From NCBI GenBank assembly GCA_039024555.1, contig JBCCQQ010000009.1, positions 1 to 64,000 on the forward strand: a stretch of DNA of 64,000 bases. The letters are read 5' to 3'. The translations under genes were made by a program, and so were the position numbers. The notes under the pieces are model-generated. The model was not told the DNA's origin, ran no database searches, and saw only the letters and a list, made by a program, of their open reading frames with translations. How positions within the stretch are numbered: position 1 is the stretch's first letter; every line of letters begins with the position of its first letter. This DNA is from Cyanobacteria bacterium P01_D01_bin.156 (lineage in GTDB: Bacteria; Cyanobacteriota; Cyanobacteriia; Phormidesmidales; Phormidesmidaceae). Positions 42,192 to 51,307 of this stretch are shown here, one piece after another.

Positions 42192-42299
42192 AACGGGTTT
42201 GGGTACTCCAGCAATAATTCCACCCTATCGCAAACTGTTCCATAAGCAACACAAACACATCTTCTAACGATGTGTCTGAATCTTAGTAGGAATGGATTT

Positions 42300-43322
42300 T
42301 TAAGTTGTTAATAAAGGGCGGAAGCCATGCTTTATAGAGGCTGCGCCAATCTGCTCCATTTTTTCAAGAGTGATTTGATTTCTCCCCCAAGAGAAATTTG
42401 TATGCCATTTTTCAAATTCCAGCAGCATTGATTCAGCAAAACATGCAAACAGCTGTCGTGCTGGTACATCCATGGCAACAATGTGCATAATCCGCCAATC
42501 GATGTCGAGAGTGTGTTCTACAATACCTCCCTTGAGGACGTAGATATTCGGATGACTAAATTTACTGCCAATATTTTTGGGGTAGCCGCCATCTACCATC
42601 AAACAAGGCTTTTTAAGAGTACTCGGGTCAATATCCACTCCTTTTGGCATGCTAGCGACCCAAACAACAACGTCAGCTTTGGGTAAAGCTTCTTCTAAGC
42701 CCATGATTTGCCCCATGCCAATCTCCTCTTTGAGATTATCCAACCGCTCTCGATTACGGGCAATTAAGAGTAAATCTTTAACACCTGTATTTTGGCTTAA
42801 CCAGCGGCAGACGGCACTCCCGATATCTCCTGTAGCGCCACATATAGCTACTGTTGCCTGAGAAAGGTCGATACCATAATCGGGAGCTGCCTGCTCTACC
42901 TGTTTACAGATAATGTAAGCTGTATGCGTATTGCCGGTAGTAAACCGATGAAAATCAAGTTCCAAGTTGCGAATGCGCTTGATCTGTTCGAGTTTGAAAT
43001 TTTCAAAAACGATTGAAGAGAATCCACCTAAGGCCGTAATGTCGATGCCCAATTTTTGAGCATGGGCCATCGCATTTAAAACTTTACGAGTCGCTGCTTT
43101 TATGCGTCGCGTTGCCAGCATTTCTGGAAGAAAGCAGGACTCTATATAACGTCCTTCAATGACTTGGCCTGTGGCACTGACTACCTTAATGTCCTCTGCA
43201 ACAAAAGGAGGGGCACTGCACCAAAAATCTAAGCCCTGAGTAGCGTATTCTGTATAGCCCCAGTCACGAGTTACTGATTGGGCATGCTCTAAATTAGTTA
43301 GGTGTCCGATTAGGCCAAACAT
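42300..43322 (-). CDS. aar: Long-chain acyl-ACP reductase
   Basis: [37 protein letters not shown]; adjacent to ado. Confidence 0.98.
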   Translation of the reverse strand: MFGLIGHLTNLEHAQSVTRDWGYTEYATQGLDFWCSAPPFVAEDIKVVSATGQVIEGRYIESCFLPEMLATRRIKAATRKVLNAMAHAQKLGIDITALGGFSSIVFENFKLEQIKRIRNLELDFHRFTTGNTHTAYIICKQVEQAAPDYGIDLSQATVAICGATGDIGSAVCRWLSQNTGVKDLLLIARNRERLDNLKEEIGMGQIMGLEEALPKADVVVWVASMPKGVDIDPSTLKKPCLMVDGGYPKNIGSKFSHPNIYVLKGGIVEHTLDIDWRIMHIVAMDVPARQLFACFAESMLLEFEKWHTNFSWGRNQITLEKMEQIGAASIKHGFRPLLTT

Positions 43323-43418
43323 TTGGGACGCTTGTATAAAAAAAGTAATCTTAGAAAATCAGACTACAACAAAACATTACAATCTTGCGGTTCATGTTTA
43401 TCATGTGGCCTGAAATAA

Positions 43419-43451
43419 AAAGGGAGGCCGATCGGTAAGATCAGCCTCCCT
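43419..43451 (-). terminator. Hairpin or terminator between ado and aar
   Basis: AGGGAGGC-CGATC...GATC-AGCCTCCCT hairpin with an A-run on its left. Confidence 0.6.
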
Positions 43452-43466
43452 AAAAAGGATAAAAAC

Positions 43467-44162
43467 CTAGGCTAAGGCTAATCCTTGTGCTGAAAGCTTC
43501 ATCACTTCACGGCTTGTAAAACCAATATTACCGAGGGCTTCACCATAAGTAATCATAAAGTCCTCGACCAGAGCATCCTTTTCCATGCCTAGTACAGATG
43601 CATCAGTGGCTACCTGATTCAACATCTTCCAAACTAAGGGCAGATTCTGACGATTAGCTTCCTCTAATTCACTCTTGGATGTTTCAAAGTTAGCTTTGAG
43701 CCACTCTTCGCCAAAGTTAAGGTGCATGTACTCATCTTTGACAACACCCTCTGTAATCTTACGGGCAAAATCATCTGCTACAGGGATGTAGATGTTGTAA
43801 GCAGAAATAGCGAAAGTTTCAATGATGAGTGACTGAATCAGCAAACATGTAACGACTTTCCCCTCATTCCAGGCTTTCTGGAAGTTATCGTGCAGCTGTT
43901 CAAAAAACTGCTTTGCAAACTCCATATCTGGAGTGACATTAAGGTTCCTACCACAGGCTTGAAAGCCTTTCATGTGGCGATTCTCCATACGAGCTAGCTT
44001 TATCAACTCGTCTTTATGCTCGTTGAGGTATTCAGCCAACTTTTTATAGTTATCGTTAGCTTCCAATTCCCCTTCAATAACAATTGCATTGATGCGACTA
44101 TAGGCATCCTTATAGGCTTCACTTTGGAAGTCAAGTACTGGGCTGGCCTCAAGCTGCGGCAT
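43467..44162 (-). CDS. ado: Aldehyde-deformylating oxygenase
   Basis: [16 protein letters not shown] and the di-iron ExxH motifs ENRH and EYMH. Confidence 0.99.
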   Translation of the reverse strand: MPQLEASPVLDFQSEAYKDAYSRINAIVIEGELEANDNYKKLAEYLNEHKDELIKLARMENRHMKGFQACGRNLNVTPDMEFAKQFFEQLHDNFQKAWNEGKVVTCLLIQSLIIETFAISAYNIYIPVADDFARKITEGVVKDEYMHLNFGEEWLKANFETSKSELEEANRQNLPLVWKMLNQVATDASVLGMEKDALVEDFMITYGEALGNIGFTSREVMKLSAQGLALA

Positions 44163-44408
44163 ATCTGTACAGTTCCTGCGTTACAATGACCATCTTTCGC
44201 CACTATCTAAGCCATGGCATAGCACAACTGCCGAGGTTAACTTAAATATTGACATCTGATTTCACACTTTACACCCTATCAGTATTGCAAAGATGTTCAT
44301 CACGGATGCGAAAGGGGCTAAACTGTTGAGTATTAAGGTATTCTGGCCTGTTCTATTTAGAATTTTTATCTATTAGATAGAAATCGATGCAACCTGCTGG
44401 TCTAACGG

Positions 44409-45458
44409 TTATTCGATATCGTCCAGGACCTTGAAACGTATGGTTTTGGTCGAGGGACTGTTAGCACTGCCAAGATGGATTTCAATAAGCTCGTTTGTTA
44501 AGGGGGCAAGAGCACTGAGAAGGGCTCGTAATTGAGGAGTGCTTTCGCCACTGTCAACATACACACGTTCAGCTAATTTATTGAGTCGTCGCCAAGCAGT
44601 GTACATTTTGGCCGCTGCTTGTTCTAGCTGAGTTGCTTGGTTAACCAAATCTGCAGTGGAATTTAGAGAGCCAATGCGTAAAGCCTCTTCAAGGGCTTGT
44701 TCTAAATTGACAACGTCTGGGTCGATGGTTTGTACCTGACTAGCGGCAGCTATGTATTTAGATAAATATCGTGCTTCAGAGGTGATTTGCTTGAGGGTGT
44801 CGACATCTGGGTTCCTTTCTGCTTCTGTTTTTAGTGTGATTTGATGACTGGGAGGCAGTTTTTCCATTTCCTTCACCAGTGGTGTTAAGTAGCGAGTTGG
44901 AATGCTATTGTTCGCGGCTTTTTCCCTAACTGTTTCTGGAATCAGCTCGGAGGTCATTGCAGTCCATTCATCAGCTAATTGTTTGACTTCTTTGCGAGTA
45001 ATCTGTTCGCCCCGGCGGGCTGCTTCGGTGACCATCTGCTGCACTTCTGGCGCTGCCTGAGCTGTTTCTACAAAGGCGCGCTTGCTGAACTGGTTCACAG
45101 ATTGTTCATTGAGAAGCCCTTCCTTGAGTAGTTCATCAGCGCTGTTGCCTAATTCAATCAACGTGTAAGCTTGACTTTTGCTAATTTCTCTTTCCTTTAG
45201 CCAATTTAAGAATCCAGTGCCGCGGCCATCGCCTCCATGTTTTTCTCGGTCACGTACAGCTCTCAAAATACGACCGCGCCAAATGTCGGTTTGTAAATCA
45301 AAGCGATCGCATACTTGCCAGGCAATATCAATTTGGTAGTTAAAATCATGATCAGAGATAGTTGTATCGCTCGGATCAGGAACTTTGAAATCGAGGGTAA
45401 CATCCTGGCCAGTGCCACCTTGGGTGATATCGGCTACAAAATCTGTTGCTCCAACCAT
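44409..45458 (-). CDS. Conserved cyanobacterial hypothetical protein
   Basis: 349-aa ORF with WQVCDRFDLQTDIWRGRILRAVRDREK and GFLNWLKEREISKSQAY blocks. Confidence 0.85.
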   Translation of the reverse strand: MVGATDFVADITQGGTGQDVTLDFKVPDPSDTTISDHDFNYQIDIAWQVCDRFDLQTDIWRGRILRAVRDREKHGGDGRGTGFLNWLKEREISKSQAYTLIELGNSADELLKEGLLNEQSVNQFSKRAFVETAQAAPEVQQMVTEAARRGEQITRKEVKQLADEWTAMTSELIPETVREKAANNSIPTRYLTPLVKEMEKLPPSHQITLKTEAERNPDVDTLKQITSEARYLSKYIAAASQVQTIDPDVVNLEQALEEALRIGSLNSTADLVNQATQLEQAAAKMYTAWRRLNKLAERVYVDSGESTPQLRALLSALAPLTNELIEIHLGSANSPSTKTIRFKVLDDIE

Positions 45459-45519
45459 GGAATTCCTCTATTTAGTCAACCGTGTGAATGTCTTGTATTA
45501 GTGGCTCAAAGGCAGTTCA

Positions 45520-45993
45520 CTATGTTACAAGCTGCATGACCCAACGCACAATTAGTAAAGAGATAGTTGCCACGCCTAGAACAAAGGCTATTAATACTGT
45601 AATGAGGATAATTGCGAAAACCTTATCAGCACGCCGACTGGGCAAGGGATGACGAATATGCTCCTCCAATAAAGCAACGTTTTGAGCATTCGCCTTCCAA
45701 GCCACATCAAATAAATCACCGATCACGGGCATGGTTCCCACGAGCAATTCCAGCACAATATTGAACCCCATACGTCCCAGGGTTGCAGCAGGTACACCAA
45801 AGCGCGCAGCTTCTACAACGATATAGATTGAAATCAACCCTGTCATCAGATCGCCGCCGCCAGGTAGTAGCCCAATTAGAGGGTCGAGGCCAACGCGATA
45901 GCCTAATCCTGGAATTGCGATCGCGTTATCTAAAATACGGCTAAGACTACGTAACCGATTTAATGAACGAGCTTCCGTTGGCACAGTCCTCAA
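45520..45993 (-). CDS. DUF4112 membrane protein
   Basis: LDNAIAIPG..RVGLDPLIGLLPGGGD...GDLFDVAWKAN. Confidence 0.92.
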   Translation of the reverse strand: MRTVPTEARSLNRLRSLSRILDNAIAIPGLGYRVGLDPLIGLLPGGGDLMTGLISIYIVVEAARFGVPAATLGRMGFNIVLELLVGTMPVIGDLFDVAWKANAQNVALLEEHIRHPLPSRRADKVFAIILITVLIAFVLGVATISLLIVRWVMQLVT

Positions 45994-46193
45994 ACATAAT
46001 TTGGCAGTTACCGGCAGATTATCATAGTCAAGCCTAGCAAGGATTTCTCAACCACCTACAGATATTGGTAAAGATGCCTCCCCTGAGTTCCCTATTCCTC
46101 ACATCTAAAATAACTGAACTAGCAAACGAACATTACAAGCTGAAAGAGGACCACGGCGATACTGTGAAGTTAGGGCATAATGGCACCATCTAA

Positions 46194-46664
46194 ATGACCC
46201 ATCTTCTGTCAACCATGAAGAAAACCAGGAAAATTGTACGTCGAGCGTTATTGATTCCAGCGACTTTACTATCGTTGGGAATCCTAAGCCCTCATGCTCT
46301 AGCCCAAATTTATAATCCAATTGAGCTAACGGGAGAGCGTGAGGTTAACGATTCGCTTTCTGAAAGTGATATTCCAACTGGGGTTGGCGGCTTTGCACGA
46401 GATTACAGCGTCGAACTCTTTGAGGGAGATCAAATCACTATCGATGTTGTTTCGGAAGAATTTGATACCCTAGTAAGCCTTTTGGGAGATGATGGCACGA
46501 CCGTTAGTGAAAATGATGATGGTCCCGATGGCTCAACCAACTCCCTGTTGTTTGCCCGTATCGCTAAATCTGGTCAGTACACTGTGAGAGTCAGGTCCTA
46601 TGCCGGTCAAGGCACAGGCTCTTTCTATCTCAAACTTGCCCGCCTGCGAGAAATTCAGGATTAG
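46194..46664 (+). CDS. Secreted PPC (pre-peptidase C-terminal) domain protein
   Basis: Signal peptide (ALA|Q), FDTLVSL...ENDDG...NSLL...GQYTVRV. Confidence 0.85.
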   Translation: MTHLLSTMKKTRKIVRRALLIPATLLSLGILSPHALAQIYNPIELTGEREVNDSLSESDIPTGVGGFARDYSVELFEGDQITIDVVSEEFDTLVSLLGDDGTTVSENDDGPDGSTNSLLFARIAKSGQYTVRVRSYAGQGTGSFYLKLARLREIQD

Positions 46665-46827
46665 AGCTGCTATGGCTCAGAGAAAAGTGCTCTGAGCCAC
46701 CTCTTTGCCAGCGATTCCATAGCAGTGGCTACAATGTGCCAAAAAAGATCTTCTGTTTTGCTTGCGAACGGTTCCCCTCTTTTGTTAACTTGTTTAGGCG
46801 CGAGCAAAGGCAGCAAAGCTGCTTCTT

Positions 46828-46900
46828 GCCGGGATAGCTCAGTTGGTAGAGCAGTGGACTGAAAATCCTCGTGTCGGCGGTTCAAGTCCGCCTCCTGGCA
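46828..46900 (+). tRNA. trnF: tRNA-Phe (GAA)
   Basis: GCCGGGA/TCCTGGC acceptor stem, D-arm AGCTCAGTTGGTAGAGC, CTGAAAA loop, GGTTCAAG T-loop; no encoded CCA. Confidence 0.97.
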
Positions 46901-46934
46901 TTGTCAATGTTAATCATTGACAGAATGTGATAGT

Positions 46935-47016
46935 GGGTCGTTGCCCGAGTGGTTAATGGGGGCGGACTGTAAATCCGCTGGCTACGCCTACGTTGGTTCG
47001 AATCCAACACGGCCCA
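46935..47016 (+). tRNA. trnY: tRNA-Tyr (GTA)
   Basis: GCGGA-CTGTAAA-TCCGC anticodon arm, long variable arm, GGTTCGAATCC. Confidence 0.98.
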
Positions 47017-47037
47017 TCACATTTTTACTGTTACTTT

Positions 47038-47109
<72 letters not shown>

Positions 47110-47602
47110 TTATATCTAAACATGTACTTAGCCTGGCATATGTTGGATAGAGGAAAGGACCAATAGAACGATGTGATGTTCTCACCTCGCGTATTGAACG
47201 GTGAGGTGACTCGAACAATAAGTGGCATCGCTCATAGCTCGGGGGAGCTGTTTTGATTGCATAATGACGTTGTGTCTATAAGCTTTTGAAATATATTCCA
47301 AAGGCTATCGGTATATTTGGTAAGAACCTGCTTGCCCCACCTGTTCTGAGTGGCTGCTCATGTTTTATGAGAACTGCATTGCGAAAGTTCGGGAATAGGC
47401 CCGTGGATTTACAGGCACTTCAGGGTTTTCAAAACCAGTTCTGCTTGTTTTAATACCAAACTCGAACTATTTTTGTAAATAAATGTTTCTTTGATTATTT
47501 ATTGCTTGACAGGTTGACGCTTAATGGGAGTGTAGTTAGAATTTCTCTAAAGCTAGCGGGTCAATCCTTTTCCCGTGAAATTCAACTTTGGAGGAGTGAC
47601 CT

Positions 47603-47770
47603 ATGGACATGCCAGGTCAATTGACATTAGAACAGCAGTTTCAGCTACAGGTTCTAAAAGAGCAAGTGCGTAACCTTTCCCACGAAGATGCCCAAAATTA
47701 CGTGGTTGAGGTGATGCGGCAAATGATGGTTAAGGATAATTTGGTCAAGCACCTTCTAAAGAACGCGTAG
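47603..47770 (+). CDS. nblA: Phycobilisome degradation protein NblA
   Basis: Hand translation MDMPGQLTLEQQFQLQVLKEQVRNLSHEDAQNYVVEVMRQMMVKDNLVKHLLKNA* (55 aa) with a GGAGGAG RBS; LTLEQQF and RQMMVKDN are NblA hallmarks; not in the ORF track. Confidence 0.95.
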   Translation: MDMPGQLTLEQQFQLQVLKEQVRNLSHEDAQNYVVEVMRQMMVKDNLVKHLLKNA

Positions 47771-47789
47771 CGAATGTTCTGTAGTGTTA

Positions 47790-47838
47790 TTAATCAGAAA
47801 GCCCCTGCGATGGTCGATCGTAGGGGCTTTCTGATTAA
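47790..47838. terminator. Terminator between nblA and the convergent protease gene
   Basis: TTAATCAGAAAGCCCCT...AGGGGCTTTCTGATTAA inverted repeat. Confidence 0.8.
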
Positions 47839-47881
47839 AGAGGTGAAGCTAGGCAAAGATGAAGAACGCTAATATTGCTCA

Positions 47882-49576
47882 TTATTTGGACTCACTTGTG
47901 GGTTGCAAAGCTTCACCTGCACCCCACCAAGCCAGCGCGTAGTCTTGCAAGTCTGTGCCAGTGAACTGCTGTTCATAGGTCACCCTCAGCTTATAGCGCC
48001 CAGACCGGGTGACTTTGTGGAAAATATGTTCAGTGCTATCTACATCACTTATGGAAGACCAAATGCTCTTAGACGTATCATTTTCGTCAACGGGCATAAG
48101 GTAAAGGTTTAAGTTGTTTAATCTAGAGTCCCTAAACCCTTCTTCTAAATTATAGAGTCCATTACTGTTGCTATCTATCAATGACACTTGCCTTTCCCAC
48201 GTTAACGTGGCGGCAAAGTAGCTGTCAGCCTGCAGCGGTTGCTCGATTATATAGTCAACATAACCTATGCTTTCTGGGTTAGCAGGGGGAAGAGAATTAT
48301 AATCCCAGCCTCTAATGGCAACATTCCCAGGCTGCCATTGCCCGCTCTCAAACTGTTCATAGGCTCGAAAAGCATTCAAATGGCCTGTCCCAAACTCATT
48401 GTGTAAAGGAACTTTAGGGTCACGATGGGCATCCGACTCAAGCCATGTCAGATTACCTTCATCAAGCAAAGTGCGTGTCATTCCTAATGTTTGACCATTG
48501 CCCTCATCCCTGATTTTGTCAGCGGCGTTCAGCAGTACCGCTTTCATAACCATAGGCTCACGGGCGTCTAAGCTCCATCTAGGGGAGCCTGCGCGTAGTT
48601 GTCGATCACCCCACTCCTGCAAGAGTGCAACGGTGGCAGCCACATGGGGCGCTGCAAAACTAGACCCACTGCTGATGGTTTCGCGACCATCTGGATCGAG
48701 TAGCTGAATATCGTCGCCAGGGGCTACCAAATTGATGGAGCGCCGTGGACCCTCATTAGATTCTGGTAAAGATGTCCCTGGGGGGCTAAATGTAGGCTCA
48801 CTGCTAGCATTGGCATAATCAATTTTGACAAAGCGCCCATCTACCTGGGTCGAGTAGGCGACATTAATTCCGTTGAAATTGTCGGTAGGAATGGGAATGC
48901 CACCGCCTCCCTGGTTGCCCGCAATCACATACAGTGAGTCATGGACAACAGTAGACCAGTCAACACATTGTGTTAGTAACGCGTTGCCATCAAGGACAGC
49001 ATTAGGGCGAGGATCGCTAATCAGAGGCTCTCCGAAACTGAAGTTAATCGCACGTACATCGCCGCTATTGCGTAGAGCAATATTTTGAGTGGTTAAACAT
49101 TCGTTAGGTTGACCACTAGAATCACCGGCTAAGGGGCCAATGGCTGCAGAAAACAAGGTGGCATCGGGCGCCACACCTGTTAGGCGCTTTTCTTTACTGA
49201 TGATGACGCTTGCTACATGGTTAGCGTGGTCATCTACAAATTCATCTGAGATAGCGCCCTCATCTAGCTGAAAGACCCGAGTTACAGCAACTGGGTTATT
49301 GGCAATTGCGAGCTTATCGAATCCAAAGATGGGGGGACGCCCACCTTCCACCTGACCCAGTGCAATTTTTTTCCCCGTGAGATTGTAAGGTGGTTGATGT
49401 AATCGTTGAGCATCAATGCCATCAGTGCCAACAGACACAGAAAGAGCTAAAACTGGAATGCTTCCTAGCCCTACAAAAAAAGTGCCTGGCATTAGCAATC
49501 GGTGTACTGAACGTAGGCTACAACCTCTAGAATTTGCCAATAAATGCTGAAAAATTCCCATAAAGACTCCCGTCAA
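47882..49576 (-). CDS. S8 subtilisin-like serine peptidase, secreted
   Basis: HANHVASV (His), AGN oxyanion motif, GSSFAAPHV (Ser); start uncertain. Confidence 0.9.
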   Translation of the reverse strand: MTGVFMGIFQHLLANSRGCSLRSVHRLLMPGTFFVGLGSIPVLALSVSVGTDGIDAQRLHQPPYNLTGKKIALGQVEGGRPPIFGFDKLAIANNPVAVTRVFQLDEGAISDEFVDDHANHVASVIISKEKRLTGVAPDATLFSAAIGPLAGDSSGQPNECLTTQNIALRNSGDVRAINFSFGEPLISDPRPNAVLDGNALLTQCVDWSTVVHDSLYVIAGNQGGGGIPIPTDNFNGINVAYSTQVDGRFVKIDYANASSEPTFSPPGTSLPESNEGPRRSINLVAPGDDIQLLDPDGRETISSGSSFAAPHVAATVALLQEWGDRQLRAGSPRWSLDAREPMVMKAVLLNAADKIRDEGNGQTLGMTRTLLDEGNLTWLESDAHRDPKVPLHNEFGTGHLNAFRAYEQFESGQWQPGNVAIRGWDYNSLPPANPESIGYVDYIIEQPLQADSYFAATLTWERQVSLIDSNSNGLYNLEEGFRDSRLNNLNLYLMPVDENDTSKSIWSSISDVDSTEHIFHKVTRSGRYKLRVTYEQQFTGTDLQDYALAWWGAGEALQPTSESK

Positions 49577-49684
49577 AACAAATTGGGACGATAAGTAGAA
49601 TTGGCCAGAAAAGCTTGTAACGATTTTGATACTAAGTTTTTGTTACGATGGTGACAATTGCTGGTGATTACAAGAGGCTTCCCC

Positions 49685-50386
49685 ATGGCGCAGTCAAACA
49701 AATCTGTAGTTATTTCCCCATCTATCCTATCGGCTGATTTTAGTCGTCTAGGTGATGAAGTGCGTGCAGCTGATGCTGCAGGTGCAGATTGGATTCATGT
49801 TGATGTGATGGATGGTCGGTTTGTGCCTAACATTACCATCGGCCCATTAATTGTTAAGGCGATTCGACCTGTCACTCAAAAGCCCCTTGATGTTCACTTG
49901 ATGATTGTAGAACCAGAAAAGTATATCGAATCTTTTGCTGAAGCAGGTGCAGATATCATTTCTGTGCATGCAGAGCATAATGCATCGCCTCACCTACACA
50001 GCACACTCAGCCGTATTCGTGATCTTGGTAAGCAGGCAGGTGTTGTGCTCAATCCGTCCACTCCCTTAGAGCTCATTGATTATGTGCTAGAACTTTGTGA
50101 TCTAGTGTTGATTATGAGTGTGAACCCAGGGTTTGGGGGTCAAAAGTTTATTCCTGAAGTGTTGCCCAAAATTCGTAAGCTGCGTCAAATGTGTGATGAA
50201 CGTGGTTTGGATCCTTGGATTGAGGTCGATGGTGGCTTGAAAGCCCATAATACTTGGCAAGTACTGGAAGCTGGGGCTAATGCAATTGTGGCGGGTTCGG
50301 CCGTCTTTAACGCGCCAGACTATGCTGCAGCTATTGAGAATATTCGTCATAGCAAGCGCCCTGCACCCGAGCTAGCCGCTGTCTAG
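49685..50386 (+). CDS. rpe: Ribulose-phosphate 3-epimerase
   Basis: [39 protein letters not shown]. Confidence 0.99.
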   Translation: MAQSNKSVVISPSILSADFSRLGDEVRAADAAGADWIHVDVMDGRFVPNITIGPLIVKAIRPVTQKPLDVHLMIVEPEKYIESFAEAGADIISVHAEHNASPHLHSTLSRIRDLGKQAGVVLNPSTPLELIDYVLELCDLVLIMSVNPGFGGQKFIPEVLPKIRKLRQMCDERGLDPWIEVDGGLKAHNTWQVLEAGANAIVAGSAVFNAPDYAAAIENIRHSKRPAPELAAV

Positions 50387-50422
50387 TTTCTATTTGCTGA
50401 TCTCAAACTTTTTAAGTACTAA

Positions 50423-50460
50423 ATGCCCTCAAGCAAAAACTTGTTTTTGCTTGAGGGCAT
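50423..50460 (+). terminator. Hairpin or terminator after rpe
   Basis: 18-bp perfect inverted repeat ATGCCCTCAAGCAAAAAC-TT-GTTTTTGCTTGAGGGCAT. Confidence 0.7.
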
Positions 50461-51036
50461 CTAAATATTGGGTACACGGTGTGTCTTGGACTCTCAGCTT
50501 TTTGCTTCGAGTATTGTAATAGTGCTGATAACTGCAGTAGTTGCCGTACATCCCTTGCCTATAAAACCTTTAAAGACGTCTTAAAGAATCCATGTGCGTG
50601 TTTAGGGTTACAAACATAAATTATTTCCGGGAAACCACTTAGGGGTCAGCGGTGCAACGGTAAAACTTAAACTCGATACTGTACTTGGCATCCGAGAATC
50701 TGTCTCACGATAAATAAGCTGAAAGAACCTGATAGAGATAACTTCATCTAGTGGTGTTGGGATTCTCAATAGTAAAGCAATCTCTTTAGAGTACGTATTT
50801 ACACGGATGATGGGTGTGTGTCATTGTCCATTTTAAAGAATTTGTGTGATGAGAGCATAATTCTCTCCGGAGATTTGTGAAAGGCCCAATAATTGAAATA
50901 AGGCATATCACGGATGTGACTATGTAATGGACACTTTAGATTGGTTTATGTAAAACAACTAGGCTAAGTGTTTTATTTTATACCTGATTTGACTGCTCGG
51001 GTGCGATGTTGTCTCTCTGGATGTTTGTGTGAATTT

Positions 51037-51219
51037 ATGGCTGTTCAATCGGTTGAAGAAATGGTTGCCAAAATCTTTGCAACTCGACGCATCACGCGTG
51101 CTGATCAGAGTGTTCTAATGGCAATGTTTGCAGGTAACAATATCAGTGCTAATGACAAAATGTTGATCAATCAGATATACGATGCTCTGAATCAGGGTCG
51201 TTTGCGGGTTGTTGAGTGA
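51037..51219 (+). CDS. Small cyanobacterial hypothetical protein (60 aa)
   Basis: MAVQSVEEMVAKIFATRRITRADQ..LM...INQIYDALNQGRLRVVE resembles a recurrent small cyanobacterial family. Confidence 0.75.
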   Translation: MAVQSVEEMVAKIFATRRITRADQSVLMAMFAGNNISANDKMLINQIYDALNQGRLRVVE

Positions 51220-51307
51220 CGCTAAAGTTGTTGCAATGAGCTGTACGGCTACCAGCTGAGAATAATATTGCAAAAAATAAGGCTGATGTATTTTGTAGCT
51301 GTTGATC

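Noticed and set aside
47110..47600. Possible integrative element at the tRNA cluster
   Set aside because: No integrase and no duplicated tRNA 3' end (att site) seen in the window
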